A stretch of DNA of 38,931 nucleotides from Candidatus Pacearchaeota archaeon (GTDB lineage Bacteria; Patescibacteriota; Minisyncoccia; Minisyncoccales; Minisyncoccaceae): the NCBI GenBank assembly GCA_035421265.1, contig DAOLWP010000002.1:1-38931 (forward strand), written 5' to 3'. Below, one piece after another: positions 24,127-34,297 of this stretch. Made by a program: the position numbers and the translations under genes. The notes below the pieces were generated by a model, which was given only the letters and a program-made list of their open reading frames with translations, ran no database searches and was not told where the DNA came from. The first letter of the stretch is position 1, and every line of letters starts with the position of its first letter.

Positions 24127-25203
24127 ATGCTTAAAAAAATTTCTTATACTCTAAAAGTAGCATTGCCAATTTTGGGTTGGGCAATTTTATGCATATTTTT
24201 CTTTTTTACTTTAATTATTTCTACAACTCAGTTTGGGCAATCAGGCAATTATAGCTTTTTTTTGAAGTTTGTTTTAACCCTATCTATTGTTTTAGTAATT
24301 TTAGTAATTTTAAGAATGAGCGGGCTTTTGGGAGGAGGGGATATAAAAACAATTAATAAAAATATTATAGATGAGACTTTAAATCCTCAGATATCTCTTG
24401 AAGAGGCGCAAAAAACTTTTTATTATTTAGTGCGTTTTTGCCGCAATAATTTTAGCCATTTAATTTGGATTGGTTTACCTCTCACTATTTTGGTGGGGAG
24501 TATAATGAAGGTTTATAAAAATATTTCTGAGGCAGATTTTTTAATTATTTTAGCAAGTGGAGTTGTATCAATGGTTTTATCGGCTGTTTTTGCTTCTTTA
24601 TATTCTGAATATGCGACCTTCCCAGTTATTAAGGCTATCCGAAAAAAAATAATTCAATCAAATGGAAAAATTCCTAAAATTAATTTTGATAGCATAATGT
24701 CAAAGTTTTATTTTTTATTTCTTTTCCCAATCATTACCATGCTCGTTGTTTTAATTTGCGTTTTTCCTTTCGGTTTTAATGTGGTCATTCTTTCTTTAAT
24801 TGGCACAGTGATGATTTTGATTATTGACCGGGTAATATTTTTATATTTAACAAAATCATTTTTTGAGACGCAAGAATTTGCCCAAGAAATGTATCAAGGC
24901 AAAGAAGAAATTTTTGCTATTGGCAGCATAGACAAAGAATTTGTTGAGTTAATGGATAATTTGAATGCAGCTGGTGAAAAGGTTTGGTCATTAAAGCAAG
25001 AATCTGATTTGGCGCGAAAAAATATGGAGGAAAAAGTTAAAGAATTGGAAAAATTTTTTGACTTAACCATTAATCGTGAAATTAAAATGGTTGAATTAAA
25101 AAAAGAATTAAAAGCAGCCAAACAGGCCCTAAAAGAGTTTAAAAATAGAAAAACAAAGAATAAAAAAAATGACAAAACAAACAATAAAACAAAAAAATTA
25201 TAA
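24127..25203 (+). CDS. Hypothetical multi-pass membrane protein with a HAMP-like linker and C-terminal coiled coil, no recognisable output domain
   Basis: About 6 TM helices are followed by a segment ...EIFAIGSIDKEFVELMDNLNAAGEKV... resembling the HAMP connector. A heptad-rich tail (KVKELEKFFDLTINREIKMVELKKELKAAKQALKEF) and a Lys-rich end follow. Confidence 0.3.
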   Translation: MLKKISYTLKVALPILGWAILCIFFFFTLIISTTQFGQSGNYSFFLKFVLTLSIVLVILVILRMSGLLGGGDIKTINKNIIDETLNPQISLEEAQKTFYYLVRFCRNNFSHLIWIGLPLTILVGSIMKVYKNISEADFLIILASGVVSMVLSAVFASLYSEYATFPVIKAIRKKIIQSNGKIPKINFDSIMSKFYFLFLFPIITMLVVLICVFPFGFNVVILSLIGTVMILIIDRVIFLYLTKSFFETQEFAQEMYQGKEEIFAIGSIDKEFVELMDNLNAAGEKVWSLKQESDLARKNMEEKVKELEKFFDLTINREIKMVELKKELKAAKQALKEFKNRKTKNKKNDKTNNKTKKL

Positions 25204-26461
25204 TAAAATAACTTTAGAAAATGGGTTAAGAATTATTACAATTCCTCAAAAAGAAACCAAAGCGGTAACAATTTTAGTATTGGTGGGAACTGGTTCTAAA
25301 TATGAAACTAAAAATATATCTGGCGTTTCTCATTTTTTAGAACATATGTTTTTTAAGGGCACCAAAAAAAGAAAAACGCCTACGGAAATAGCAGAGTTTT
25401 TAGATAGGTTGGGCGGAGATTATAATGCTTTTACTAGCGAAGAAATGACTGGTTATTATGCTAAAGTAGAAGCTAATCATTTTAAGGAAGCGTTAGATTG
25501 GGTTGCGGATATATTTTTACATTCAACCTTGCCCATACAAGAAATAGAAAAAGAGCGGGGAGTAATTATTGAAGAGATTAAAATGTATGAAGACAATCCA
25601 ATGCGTTATATTGGAGAAATTTGGAAAGAGCTGCTTTATGGAGATCAGCCAGCAGGATGGGATATTGCTGGAACACGAAAAACTGTTTCTCAAATTAAAA
25701 GAGAAGATTTATTAAAGTATATGGCCACTCAATATGTAGCCAAAAACACAATTATTTGTGTGTCTGGTAATTTCCAAGAGCAGGAGGCAATTAGTAAAGT
25801 TAAAAATCAATTTCTTAATATCCGAACCGGAACTTATAAAGACAAGCCAAAAGTTAATGAATGCCAGACCAAACCTCAAACAAAATTGCTTTATAAAGAT
25901 ATTAAACAAACTCATATTGCTTTAGGAGTGAGGGCTTATAATATTTTTCACCCAGACCGTTTTGTTTTAGATATTTTAGCTATTTTATTAGGAGGAATGA
26001 TGAGCTCGCGCTTGTTTAATAAAGTTCGTGAAAAATTAGGAGCAGCTTATTATGTTAGAACTAATTATGAAAGCGATACAGATACAGGAGAAGTGGTAAC
26101 TTTTACGGGAGTAGATAATGCTAAATTAGAAAAAGTTATTAAGACAATTTTACAAGAATATAAAAAAATTACTAAAGAGAAATTAGGAGCAGCTGAATTA
26201 AAAAAGGTTAAAGATTGTTATAAAGGAAGATTAATTTTAGGATTAGAATCATCTGACGATAAAGCATCTTTTTATGCTACTCAAGAGCTACTAATGAAAA
26301 ATATTTTAACCCCAGAGCAAATTATTGAAAAGATTGAAAAAATAACAGCAGTAGACATTCAAAGAGTGGCGCGGGACATTTTTGTTCCTGAAAAATTAAA
26401 CTTCGCTATTTTAGGGAAACACAAAGATGATAAACTTTTTCAAAAATTATTGCATTTTTAA
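25169..26461 (+). CDS. M16 family zinc peptidase (pitrilysin-like)
   Basis: Inverted zinc motif HFLEHMFFKG (HxxEH) with a downstream E in ERGVIIEEI; size and two-domain layout are typical. It overlaps the upstream gene by 35 nt in an A-rich tract. Confidence 0.85.
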   Translation: MTKQTIKQKNYNKITLENGLRIITIPQKETKAVTILVLVGTGSKYETKNISGVSHFLEHMFFKGTKKRKTPTEIAEFLDRLGGDYNAFTSEEMTGYYAKVEANHFKEALDWVADIFLHSTLPIQEIEKERGVIIEEIKMYEDNPMRYIGEIWKELLYGDQPAGWDIAGTRKTVSQIKREDLLKYMATQYVAKNTIICVSGNFQEQEAISKVKNQFLNIRTGTYKDKPKVNECQTKPQTKLLYKDIKQTHIALGVRAYNIFHPDRFVLDILAILLGGMMSSRLFNKVREKLGAAYYVRTNYESDTDTGEVVTFTGVDNAKLEKVIKTILQEYKKITKEKLGAAELKKVKDCYKGRLILGLESSDDKASFYATQELLMKNILTPEQIIEKIEKITAVDIQRVARDIFVPEKLNFAILGKHKDDKLFQKLLHF

Positions 26462-26513
26462 TAATAATATAATTAATATATTAAAAGCTTAAAATTATAA
26501 AAATAAATTTTTT

Positions 26514-27542
26514 ATGGCGCAACAAAATACTTTAAAGTGGGATATTCCTTGGTCAGCTTTATTTAAAATTGTTTTAGTGGCAGCAGTCGCGTATGCTTTG
26601 TTTCTTATTCGCGATATTTTAATTTTGGCATTAGCGGCCTTAGTAATATCTATTATTTTTAATCCAGCTATTAATTTTTTAAGCAAAAAAAGAATTCCTC
26701 GCCCCGTTGCTGTGGTTTTGGTTTATTTAGTAGTTGTTGGCATAATAGGCTTGCTTGTTTATTTAGCAGCTCCGCCAATTATTGAAGAAGTAGGCAATTT
26801 TTATCAAAATTTTTCAGATTATTTTTCTGAATTTATGGAAAGATTTTCTGAATTATTTAGAATTAATTTACTTGATTGGAATAGCTTGCTAAATAATTCT
26901 ATTATCAATGATAATTTATTAAATGTTTCTAAAAACATAATAAATTTTCTTTATTCGTTCATAGGAGGGACAGCTTCAATGGTGACAATGTTTGTTTTAG
27001 CATTTTTCTTATCGGTAGAGGAAAATGAGTTAACTAAAATGATTAAATCTTTTGCCCCTAAAAAGTGGGAAGAAGATATTTTGAAAGCTTGGCAAAAAAG
27101 TCAAGAACAAGTGATGGGTTGGTTTGGCGGTCGGCTCATTGCCTCATTAGCTGTAGCCTTAATGACTTTTATTGTTTGCCTTTTTTTAAATATTAAATTA
27201 GCAGTGTCTATTAGTTTAATTTCTGGAATGTTAAATTTGGTTCCTTTGATTGGGCCAATTATATCAGGAGCGCTTTTGTTTTTGCTGGGAATATTAAATT
27301 CTTGGCAAACCGCTTTTTTACTTTTAATTTTTTCTATTATAATTCAATTTATAGAAAATAATTTATTAACTCCTTTTGTATCTAAACAAATTATTGGCAT
27401 TCCTAATTTTTTAGTTTTATTATCAATTTTAATAGGCGGACAACTATTGGGAGCAGTGGGGGCGATTTTAGCTATTCCTTTAGCGGCCGTAGTATACGAA
27501 ACGTTAAGAAACTATATTGTTTATAAAAAAGAGAATGAATAA
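26514..27542 (+). CDS. AI-2E family transporter (PerM/UPF0118)
   Basis: About 8 TM helices with the characteristic C-terminal blocks LN.VP.IGP.IS and IL.IPL.A. Confidence 0.8.
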   Translation: MAQQNTLKWDIPWSALFKIVLVAAVAYALFLIRDILILALAALVISIIFNPAINFLSKKRIPRPVAVVLVYLVVVGIIGLLVYLAAPPIIEEVGNFYQNFSDYFSEFMERFSELFRINLLDWNSLLNNSIINDNLLNVSKNIINFLYSFIGGTASMVTMFVLAFFLSVEENELTKMIKSFAPKKWEEDILKAWQKSQEQVMGWFGGRLIASLAVALMTFIVCLFLNIKLAVSISLISGMLNLVPLIGPIISGALLFLLGILNSWQTAFLLLIFSIIIQFIENNLLTPFVSKQIIGIPNFLVLLSILIGGQLLGAVGAILAIPLAAVVYETLRNYIVYKKENE

Positions 27543-27548
27543 ATTCAA

Positions 27549-29024
27549 ATGAAAAAAATATTTATTAGCACAGCTATTGATTATGTAAATGCAGCTCCTC
27601 ATTTGGGTCATGCTTTAGAAAAAATTCAAGCCGATGTTTTAGCAAGACATTATCGTGCCTTAGGCAATACAGTTTTTTTCTTAAGCGGGACTGACGAAAA
27701 TAGTTTGAAAAATGTGCGGAGCGCTGAAAAAGCAGGACAGCCAATAAAAGAATTTGTAGACCGAAATTACGAAAGGTTTTTTGCCCTAAAACAATCCTTA
27801 GATTTATCTTATGATGATTTTGTTCGGACAACAGAATCGCGCCATATAGCGGCTGTTCAGAAATTATGGCAAGTTTGCTCTAAAGATATTTATAAGAAAA
27901 AATATGGAGGGCTTTACTGTGTAGGTTGCGAAGAATTTTATAAAGAAGACGAGTTAGCTCCAGGGGGTTTATGCCCTGACCATTTAACAAAACCAGAATT
28001 TATAGAAGAAGAAAATTATTTTTTTAAGCTTATTAATTATGCTGATAAAATTAAAAAAATTATTGAAACCGATGAATTAAAAATTATTCCCGAATCTCGC
28101 AAGAATGAATTATTAAGTTTTATTAATTCAGGATTGCAAGATTTTTGCATATCTCGTTTATCCGAAAGAGCAAAGGGGTGGGGGATTGATGTCCCCAATG
28201 ATTCAAGTCAAAAAATTTGGGTTTGGTTTGATGCTTTAAGCAACTATATTTCCGCTTTAGGTTATGGGAGCGAAAGAGAAGATAAATTTAATGAATATTG
28301 GCAAGGAGAGAGTTTGCGTTTGCATGTGGTTGGCAAGGGAATTACCCGCTTCCATACTATTTATTGGCCAGCCATGCTTATGTCAGCTGGTTTAAGTTTA
28401 CCTAATATAATTTTTAGTCATGGCTATGTTACTGTTAATGGTCAAAAAATGTCTAAATCTTTAAATAATATTGTTGACCCGTTTGAATTAGTTAAACAAT
28501 ATGGTGCCGATGCTGTCCGTTATTATCTTTTGCGTGAAATTCCAACCCTAGGAGATGGTGATTTTACTTATGAAAAATTTGAAAAAAGATATAATTCCGA
28601 TTTAGCTAAAGGATTGGGCAATCTTTTTTCTCGGACCACGGCAATGACTTTTAACGCTGGCCTTAATCAAAATTTTAAGATTAATCCAAGTATTCAGGCA
28701 ATTCAAAAAATACAAGAAATTCAAAAAAAATATGAAAACAGTTTTGCTAATTTTAATTTAAATGAAGCATTGTCTCAAGTTTGGGAATTAGTATCAGCTT
28801 GTGATAAATATATTGATATTGAACAGCCGTGGAGTTTGTCTGAAACAAAAAAACAGCAAGAAGTATTTTCAAATTTATTATATTCGCTTCAAAAGATAGG
28901 CGAATTGCTTAATCCATTTATGCCCCAAACATCAGAAAAAATATTAATTAGTTTAAATGAGAAAAATGGCATTTTTAATATTACAAAAACAGAACCATTA
29001 TTTCCTCGCTTAAAAAATGTTTGA
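27549..29024 (+). CDS. metG: Methionine--tRNA ligase (short form, no C-terminal tRNA-binding appendage)
   Basis: AIDYVNAAPHLGHALE HIGH region, a Zn-knuckle insertion (CVGCEEF...CPDH) and KMSKSLNN. Confidence 0.95.
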   Translation: MKKIFISTAIDYVNAAPHLGHALEKIQADVLARHYRALGNTVFFLSGTDENSLKNVRSAEKAGQPIKEFVDRNYERFFALKQSLDLSYDDFVRTTESRHIAAVQKLWQVCSKDIYKKKYGGLYCVGCEEFYKEDELAPGGLCPDHLTKPEFIEEENYFFKLINYADKIKKIIETDELKIIPESRKNELLSFINSGLQDFCISRLSERAKGWGIDVPNDSSQKIWVWFDALSNYISALGYGSEREDKFNEYWQGESLRLHVVGKGITRFHTIYWPAMLMSAGLSLPNIIFSHGYVTVNGQKMSKSLNNIVDPFELVKQYGADAVRYYLLREIPTLGDGDFTYEKFEKRYNSDLAKGLGNLFSRTTAMTFNAGLNQNFKINPSIQAIQKIQEIQKKYENSFANFNLNEALSQVWELVSACDKYIDIEQPWSLSETKKQQEVFSNLLYSLQKIGELLNPFMPQTSEKILISLNEKNGIFNITKTEPLFPRLKNV

Positions 29025-29769
29025 TACACATGCCCATCTTAATTTTTCTGATTTTGACGAAGATAGAGAAGAAATAATTACAGAATGCGGAAAAAATAAT
29101 ATTAAAATAATCAATCCGGGGACTGATTTAACTACTTCTATTTCTGCTGTTGAATTAGCGCGTCAATATAATAATGTATATGCTGGCATAGGAATGCATC
29201 CAACTGAAATTAATAATTTAGATTTTCAACCCGAAGATTATAAAAAACTTTTTTGTTCTAAAGTTGTGGCAATTGGGGAAATTGGTTTAGATTTTTGGCG
29301 ATTACCAAAACAAGAAGATGACCGAAATAATGAGATAAAAAAACAAGAAATTATTTTTAATCAGCAATTAGACTTAGCTTCCGAATTTAATTTGCCTATT
29401 ATTGTCCATTGCCGAGCTGCCTTTGATTCTGTTTTTAAGATTCTTCAAATTAAACAATGCCAAGGAGTTTTACATTGTTTTAGCGGCAATTGGAAAGAGG
29501 CTCAAAAATTTTTAGATTTAGGTTTTTATTTAGGAATAGATGGTATTATTTTTAAGTTAAATCTAATTGATGTAATAAAAAATTGTCCCTTAAACAAGAT
29601 ATTGCTTGAAACAGATTGTCCTTTTTTATCTCCGCCTAATTTTTCAAAAAGAAATACGCCCTTATCCTTGCCTATAATAGCCAAAGAAGTGGCAAAAATT
29701 AAAAATATCAGCGTAAAAGAGGTAGAAGAAATTACAGACCGCAATGCCAAAACATTATTTAATATCTGA
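29017..29769 (+). CDS. tatD: TatD-family metal-dependent DNase/hydrolase
   Basis: MFDTHAHLNF, GEIGLDF, IVHCR, HCFSG and ETDCPFL motifs. It overlaps the metG stop by 8 nt. Confidence 0.9.
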   Translation: MFDTHAHLNFSDFDEDREEIITECGKNNIKIINPGTDLTTSISAVELARQYNNVYAGIGMHPTEINNLDFQPEDYKKLFCSKVVAIGEIGLDFWRLPKQEDDRNNEIKKQEIIFNQQLDLASEFNLPIIVHCRAAFDSVFKILQIKQCQGVLHCFSGNWKEAQKFLDLGFYLGIDGIIFKLNLIDVIKNCPLNKILLETDCPFLSPPNFSKRNTPLSLPIIAKEVAKIKNISVKEVEEITDRNAKTLFNI

Positions 29770-29804
29770 TTGATAATTATTTTTGGGTATGCTATTCTTT
29801 AAGT

Positions 29805-30008
29805 ATGGAAATAAGTTTTTGGGCTATTTTAATAAGGAAATTCTTATTTGGTTTGGCAGTAGGAGTGGGTTTTTATGCCGTAATGTTGTATGGCAAAGCA
29901 ATGTTAGAAAGAGCAATTTTAAACCGAAAAATTGAAGATAATGCTTATTTTTGGGGGGGAGTAATTATATCAATTTTCTTAGCTATTTTAGCTATGATTT
30001 TTATTTAA
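29805..30008 (+). CDS. Hypothetical small two-TM membrane protein
   Basis: 67 aa with two hydrophobic helices. There is no conserved motif, so coding status is uncertain. Confidence 0.3.
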   Translation: MEISFWAILIRKFLFGLAVGVGFYAVMLYGKAMLERAILNRKIEDNAYFWGGVIISIFLAILAMIFI

Positions 30009-30015
30009 TTAAATT

Positions 30016-32463
30016 ATGAAAGAACAATATCAACCACAAATAATAGAGAAGAAATGGCAGGATTATTGGGAACTAAATAAAATTTTTGAAACCAAAGAAA
30101 TAGCAAATCAACCTAAAATATATATTTTAGATATGTTTCCATATCCCTCTGGGGTTGGCATTCATGTGGGCCACCTAAAGGGATATGTAGCTACTGATAT
30201 TTTGGCGCGTTTAAAAAGAATGCAAGGATTTAATGTTTTACATCCGATTGGCTGGGATGCTTTTGGTTTGCCCGCGGAAAATTTTGCTGTCAAAACCGGC
30301 ATTCATCCGGTTATTACTACTGCCGAAAATATAGCTAATATTAAAAGTCAGTTTAAGAAAGTTGGTTTAAGTTATGATTGGGATAGAGAAATAAATACTA
30401 CTGATCCAAATTATTATAAATGGACGCAGTGGATATTCTTAAAATTATATGAACATAATTTAGCTTACAAAAAAATATTGCCTATTAATTGGTGTCCTTC
30501 TTGCAAAACTGGGTTAGCAAATGAAGAGGTTGTGAGTGGTTGCTGTGAACGGTGTGGCGCTAAAGTTACCAAAAAAGAATTAAACCAATGGGTTTTGAAA
30601 ATTACCGAATACGCAAACCGGCTTTTAGAAGATTTAGAACCATTAGATTGGCCAGAAAAAATTAAAGAAATGCAAAGAAATTGGATTGGACGAAGCGAAG
30701 GATGGGAGTTGATTTTTAATCTTAAAAATAGCGATGAAAAAATTGTTGTTTTTACAACTAGGGCCGATACTTTATTTGGATGCACATATATTGTTTTAGC
30801 TCCTGAACATCCTTTAATCAAAAAAATTATTAATCAAATTGAAAATAAGGAAGAAGTATTAGATTATATTGAGCAAAGTAAAAATAAAAGCGACATAGAA
30901 AGAATTAGCGAAGTTAAAAATAAAACCGGTATAGAGGTTAAAGGGCTTGTTGCCATTAATCCAATTAATGAGCAAGAAATAAAAATTTTTGTAGCCGATT
31001 ATGTTTTAGGAGAATATGGAACCGGAGCAGTAATGGCTGTACCAGCTCATGATGAGCGAGATTTTGATTTTGCGAAAAAATATCAGTTGCCAATTAAATA
31101 TGTAATAAAGCCAAAAACAGAAAATAATCAAAATCCGTTTTCTAATAATATAGTTGAATTTAATCAAGCTTTTATTGAAGACGGAATTTTATTAAATTCC
31201 GGTGAATTTAATGGATTGTCATCTGAAGAAGCCCGGGAAAAGATTGGCCAAAAATTAAAACAACAAAATAAAGCCGAAAAAAAAGTCAATTATAAACTTC
31301 GTGATTGGATTTTCAGTCGGCAAAGATATTGGGGCGAACCAATTCCAATTATTCAGTGCGAAAAATGCGGTTTAGTGCCTTTAGAGGAAAAAGATTTACC
31401 ATTAGAATTGCCCCAGGTAGAAAAATATGAACCGACTGGAACTGGTGAATCTCCTTTAGCTAATATAAGTGAATGGGTTAATGTAAAATGTCCTCGCTGC
31501 GGCGGATTAGCCAAAAGAGAAACCAATACAATGCCTCAATGGGCTGGTAGTTGTTGGTATTATTTAAGATATCTTGACCCTCATAATAATCAAGCTTTAG
31601 TTGATTCAGAAAAAGAAAAAAAATGGATGCCGGTTGATTTATATGTAGGGGGTGTTGAACATGCAGTTTTGCATTTGCTTTATGCGCGTTTTTGGCACAA
31701 ATTTTTATTTGATATTGGCGTTGTTTCTACTAAAGAACCTTTTCAATCTTTAAGAAACCAAGGGCTTATTTTAGCTTATGATGGACAAAAAATGTCTAAA
31801 TCAAAAGGCAATGTTGTTTCTCCAGATGAAATTATTGATGAATTTGGCGCTGATACTTTACGGGTTTATGAAATGTTTATGGGTCCTTTTGACCAAGCAA
31901 TTATTTGGAATCCTCAAGGAGTTAGGGGTGTTTTTAGATTTTTAAATCGGACTTGGGATTTAATTATGGAAGCAAAAGATAATTTAAGCAGTTCAGCAGA
32001 AGTAATGTCTGAAACGGAAAAGTTAATTAAAAAGACAACCCAAGAATTAGAAAAAATGAAATTTAATACTGCAATTGCGTTTTTTATGGAATATATTAAT
32101 TTTGTTTCAGAGAGAAAAACCGAGTTAGGAAGAGAAGCAATTGAAAAGTTTTTAATTATTTTTTATCCTTTTGCCCCTCATTTTTGTGAAGAACTATGGG
32201 AGCAATTAGGACATCAAGAAAGCTTAAGCTTGGTTTCTTGGCCTAAAGCAAATGAACAAATTATTTTAAAAAATAAAACCATTTTAGTAGTTCAAATTAA
32301 TGGCAAAGTAAGAGATAAATTAGAAGTAGAAGAAGGATTAAGCCAAGAGCAAATTTTAGATGTCTTAAAGAAAAATAAAAAAATAATTAAATGGTTGGAT
32401 GGCGAAGCAATTAAAAATGTTATTTTTGTGCCTAATAAAATTATTAATCTTTTAACAAAATAA
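30016..32463 (+). CDS. leuS: Leucine--tRNA ligase (bacterial type)
   Basis: MFPYPSGVGIHVGHLKGY HIGH region, a CP1 editing domain (TTRADTLFG.TY), Zn-binding CPSC/CERCG clusters and KMSKSKGN. Confidence 0.95.
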   Translation: MKEQYQPQIIEKKWQDYWELNKIFETKEIANQPKIYILDMFPYPSGVGIHVGHLKGYVATDILARLKRMQGFNVLHPIGWDAFGLPAENFAVKTGIHPVITTAENIANIKSQFKKVGLSYDWDREINTTDPNYYKWTQWIFLKLYEHNLAYKKILPINWCPSCKTGLANEEVVSGCCERCGAKVTKKELNQWVLKITEYANRLLEDLEPLDWPEKIKEMQRNWIGRSEGWELIFNLKNSDEKIVVFTTRADTLFGCTYIVLAPEHPLIKKIINQIENKEEVLDYIEQSKNKSDIERISEVKNKTGIEVKGLVAINPINEQEIKIFVADYVLGEYGTGAVMAVPAHDERDFDFAKKYQLPIKYVIKPKTENNQNPFSNNIVEFNQAFIEDGILLNSGEFNGLSSEEAREKIGQKLKQQNKAEKKVNYKLRDWIFSRQRYWGEPIPIIQCEKCGLVPLEEKDLPLELPQVEKYEPTGTGESPLANISEWVNVKCPRCGGLAKRETNTMPQWAGSCWYYLRYLDPHNNQALVDSEKEKKWMPVDLYVGGVEHAVLHLLYARFWHKFLFDIGVVSTKEPFQSLRNQGLILAYDGQKMSKSKGNVVSPDEIIDEFGADTLRVYEMFMGPFDQAIIWNPQGVRGVFRFLNRTWDLIMEAKDNLSSSAEVMSETEKLIKKTTQELEKMKFNTAIAFFMEYINFVSERKTELGREAIEKFLIIFYPFAPHFCEELWEQLGHQESLSLVSWPKANEQIILKNKTILVVQINGKVRDKLEVEEGLSQEQILDVLKKNKKIIKWLDGEAIKNVIFVPNKIINLLTK

Positions 32464-32465
32464 TT

Positions 32466-34280
32466 ATGTGTGGTATTGTTGGCTACATTGGCTCTAAAAG
32501 AGCGCTTCCCATTATTTTTTCGGGATTAAAAAGATTAGAATATCGCGGTTATGATAGTTATGGTGTTTGTGTTTTGAATGGTTTGCCCTTTTTATATAAA
32601 AATGTAGGTAAAATTTCGGAAAATACCGAAGATTTTGATAATGTTACGGGCAACGTTGGTATTGGGCATACTCGTTGGGCCACCACTGGAGAGGTTACAC
32701 AAGAAAATGCGCATCCTCACATAGATTGTCAAGGGCAGTTTTTTGTAGTCCATAATGGCATTGTTGAAAATTATAAAGAATTAAAACAAAAATTAATTAA
32801 AGAAGGACACCGCTTCCGTTCAGACACAGATACAGAGGTTATTGCGCATTTAATTGAAAAATATTTTGATAGTAAATTAGAAGAAGCAGTAGAGCGGGCA
32901 TTGCAAGACATTCGAGGCACTTATGGTTTAGCAGTTGTTTCTCCCCGCGACCCTAAAAAAATAGTGGTTGCACGAATGTCTTCTCCTCTAATTATTGGAG
33001 TAGGAACAAATGAATTTATTGTTGCGTCTGACCCGAGCGCTATTATTACTCGGACTCGCCAAATTATTAATTTAGATGATGGCGAAATAGCAGTTTTAAC
33101 TGAAAAAAATTTAGTTATAAGCAAAGAAAAGAAAGAATTAAATAAAAAAATTGAAATTATTGAGTGGGATTTAGAGCAAGCCGAAAAAGGCGGTTACGAG
33201 CATTTTATGTTGAAAGAAATTATGGAAGAGCCTAATATAATTGAAGATGCAATGAGAGGAAGATTATTGCCCGAAGAAGGTAATGTAAAATTGGGCGGAT
33301 TATTTTCCGTAGAAAAACAATTACGAGATGTTAATAATTTATTTTTAATTGGTTGCGGGACAGCTTATTATGCTTGTAAGGTGGGAGAGTATATGTTAGA
33401 AGAAAATGCCAACATTCCAAGCGCCACCGATGTTGGCTCTGAGTTTAGATATCGTAAGCCAGTGACCGATAAAAATACGGCGGCAATTTTTGTTTCTCAA
33501 TCTGGAGAAACAGCCGATACTTTAGCTGCTTTAAGAGAAATGAAAGAAAAAGGAGTTTTAACTTTAGGAGTGACCAATGTAGTTGGTTCGTCTCAAGCTC
33601 GAGAAAGTGAAGCAGGAGTTTATACCCGTTCTGGTCCTGAAATAGCCGTTGCTTCTACAAAAGCTTTCTTGGGGCAATTGACAACTTTAGCTATGATTAC
33701 TGTTTATTTAGGAAGACAAAGAGATATGTCAATTGTGACAGGTCGTCAAATTACTCAGAGCTTGTCAGGACTTCCTGATTTAGCAAGAAAAATTTTAGAG
33801 CAAGCCCCGGAAATTAAAGTAATTGCTAATAAATATAAAGATTATAAAAATTTTTGGTATATTGGCAGAAAATATAATTACCCGATTGCCTTAGAAGGAG
33901 CGTTAAAATTAAAAGAGATTTCTTATTTGCATGCCGAAGGAGTGGCGGGAGGAGAATTAAAGCATGGGCCCTTGGCCTTGATAGATGAAAATTGTCCGGT
34001 TGTAGCTATTTGCCCCTCTGATTCAGTTTATGAAAAAATGTTAAATAATATTGAAGAAGTTAAAGCGCGAAAAGGAAAAGTTATTGCTATTGCCACAGAG
34101 GGCAATGCTGAAATTAAAAATATTGTTGATGATGTTTTTTATATTCCAAAAACTTTAGAAATACTTACTCCCATTTTATCTGTTATTCCTTTGCATTTAT
34201 TTGCTTATTATGTTGCCGCTGCTCTTGGGAGAAATATTGATAAGCCCAAAAATTTAGCCAAAAGCGTTACTGTAGAATAA
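32466..34280 (+). CDS. glmS: Glutamine--fructose-6-phosphate aminotransferase (isomerizing)
   Basis: N-terminal nucleophile MCGIVGY, a GATase-2 domain, two SIS domains and the canonical C-terminus NLAKSVTVE. Confidence 0.95.
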   Translation: MCGIVGYIGSKRALPIIFSGLKRLEYRGYDSYGVCVLNGLPFLYKNVGKISENTEDFDNVTGNVGIGHTRWATTGEVTQENAHPHIDCQGQFFVVHNGIVENYKELKQKLIKEGHRFRSDTDTEVIAHLIEKYFDSKLEEAVERALQDIRGTYGLAVVSPRDPKKIVVARMSSPLIIGVGTNEFIVASDPSAIITRTRQIINLDDGEIAVLTEKNLVISKEKKELNKKIEIIEWDLEQAEKGGYEHFMLKEIMEEPNIIEDAMRGRLLPEEGNVKLGGLFSVEKQLRDVNNLFLIGCGTAYYACKVGEYMLEENANIPSATDVGSEFRYRKPVTDKNTAAIFVSQSGETADTLAALREMKEKGVLTLGVTNVVGSSQARESEAGVYTRSGPEIAVASTKAFLGQLTTLAMITVYLGRQRDMSIVTGRQITQSLSGLPDLARKILEQAPEIKVIANKYKDYKNFWYIGRKYNYPIALEGALKLKEISYLHAEGVAGGELKHGPLALIDENCPVVAICPSDSVYEKMLNNIEEVKARKGKVIAIATEGNAEIKNIVDDVFYIPKTLEILTPILSVIPLHLFAYYVAAALGRNIDKPKNLAKSVTVE

Positions 34281-34297
34281 ATTTATAAATTATTAAA

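Noticed and set aside
30465-30821. Antisense or alternate-frame ORFs of 60-118 aa inside well-conserved genes (for example 1872-2096, 3075-3257, 9779-9961, 10255-10452, 10511-10816, 11411-11593, 13435-13626, 21645-21848, 22142-22324, 24894-25184, 25712-25915, 26495-26686, 27574-27831, 29526-29750, 30465-30821, 32921-33124, 34929-35135, 35808-36005, 36294-36500, 37178-37459)
   Set aside because: Each is embedded in a longer ORF with clear family motifs. Their translations are low-complexity (F/L/I/K/S-rich), as expected from the complement of AT-rich coding sequence. No independent evidence supports any of them.
32400-32470. glmS ribozyme upstream of glmS
   Set aside because: The leuS stop (32461-32463) and the glmS ATG (32466) are separated by 2 nt. 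There is no room for a ~170-nt ribozyme.
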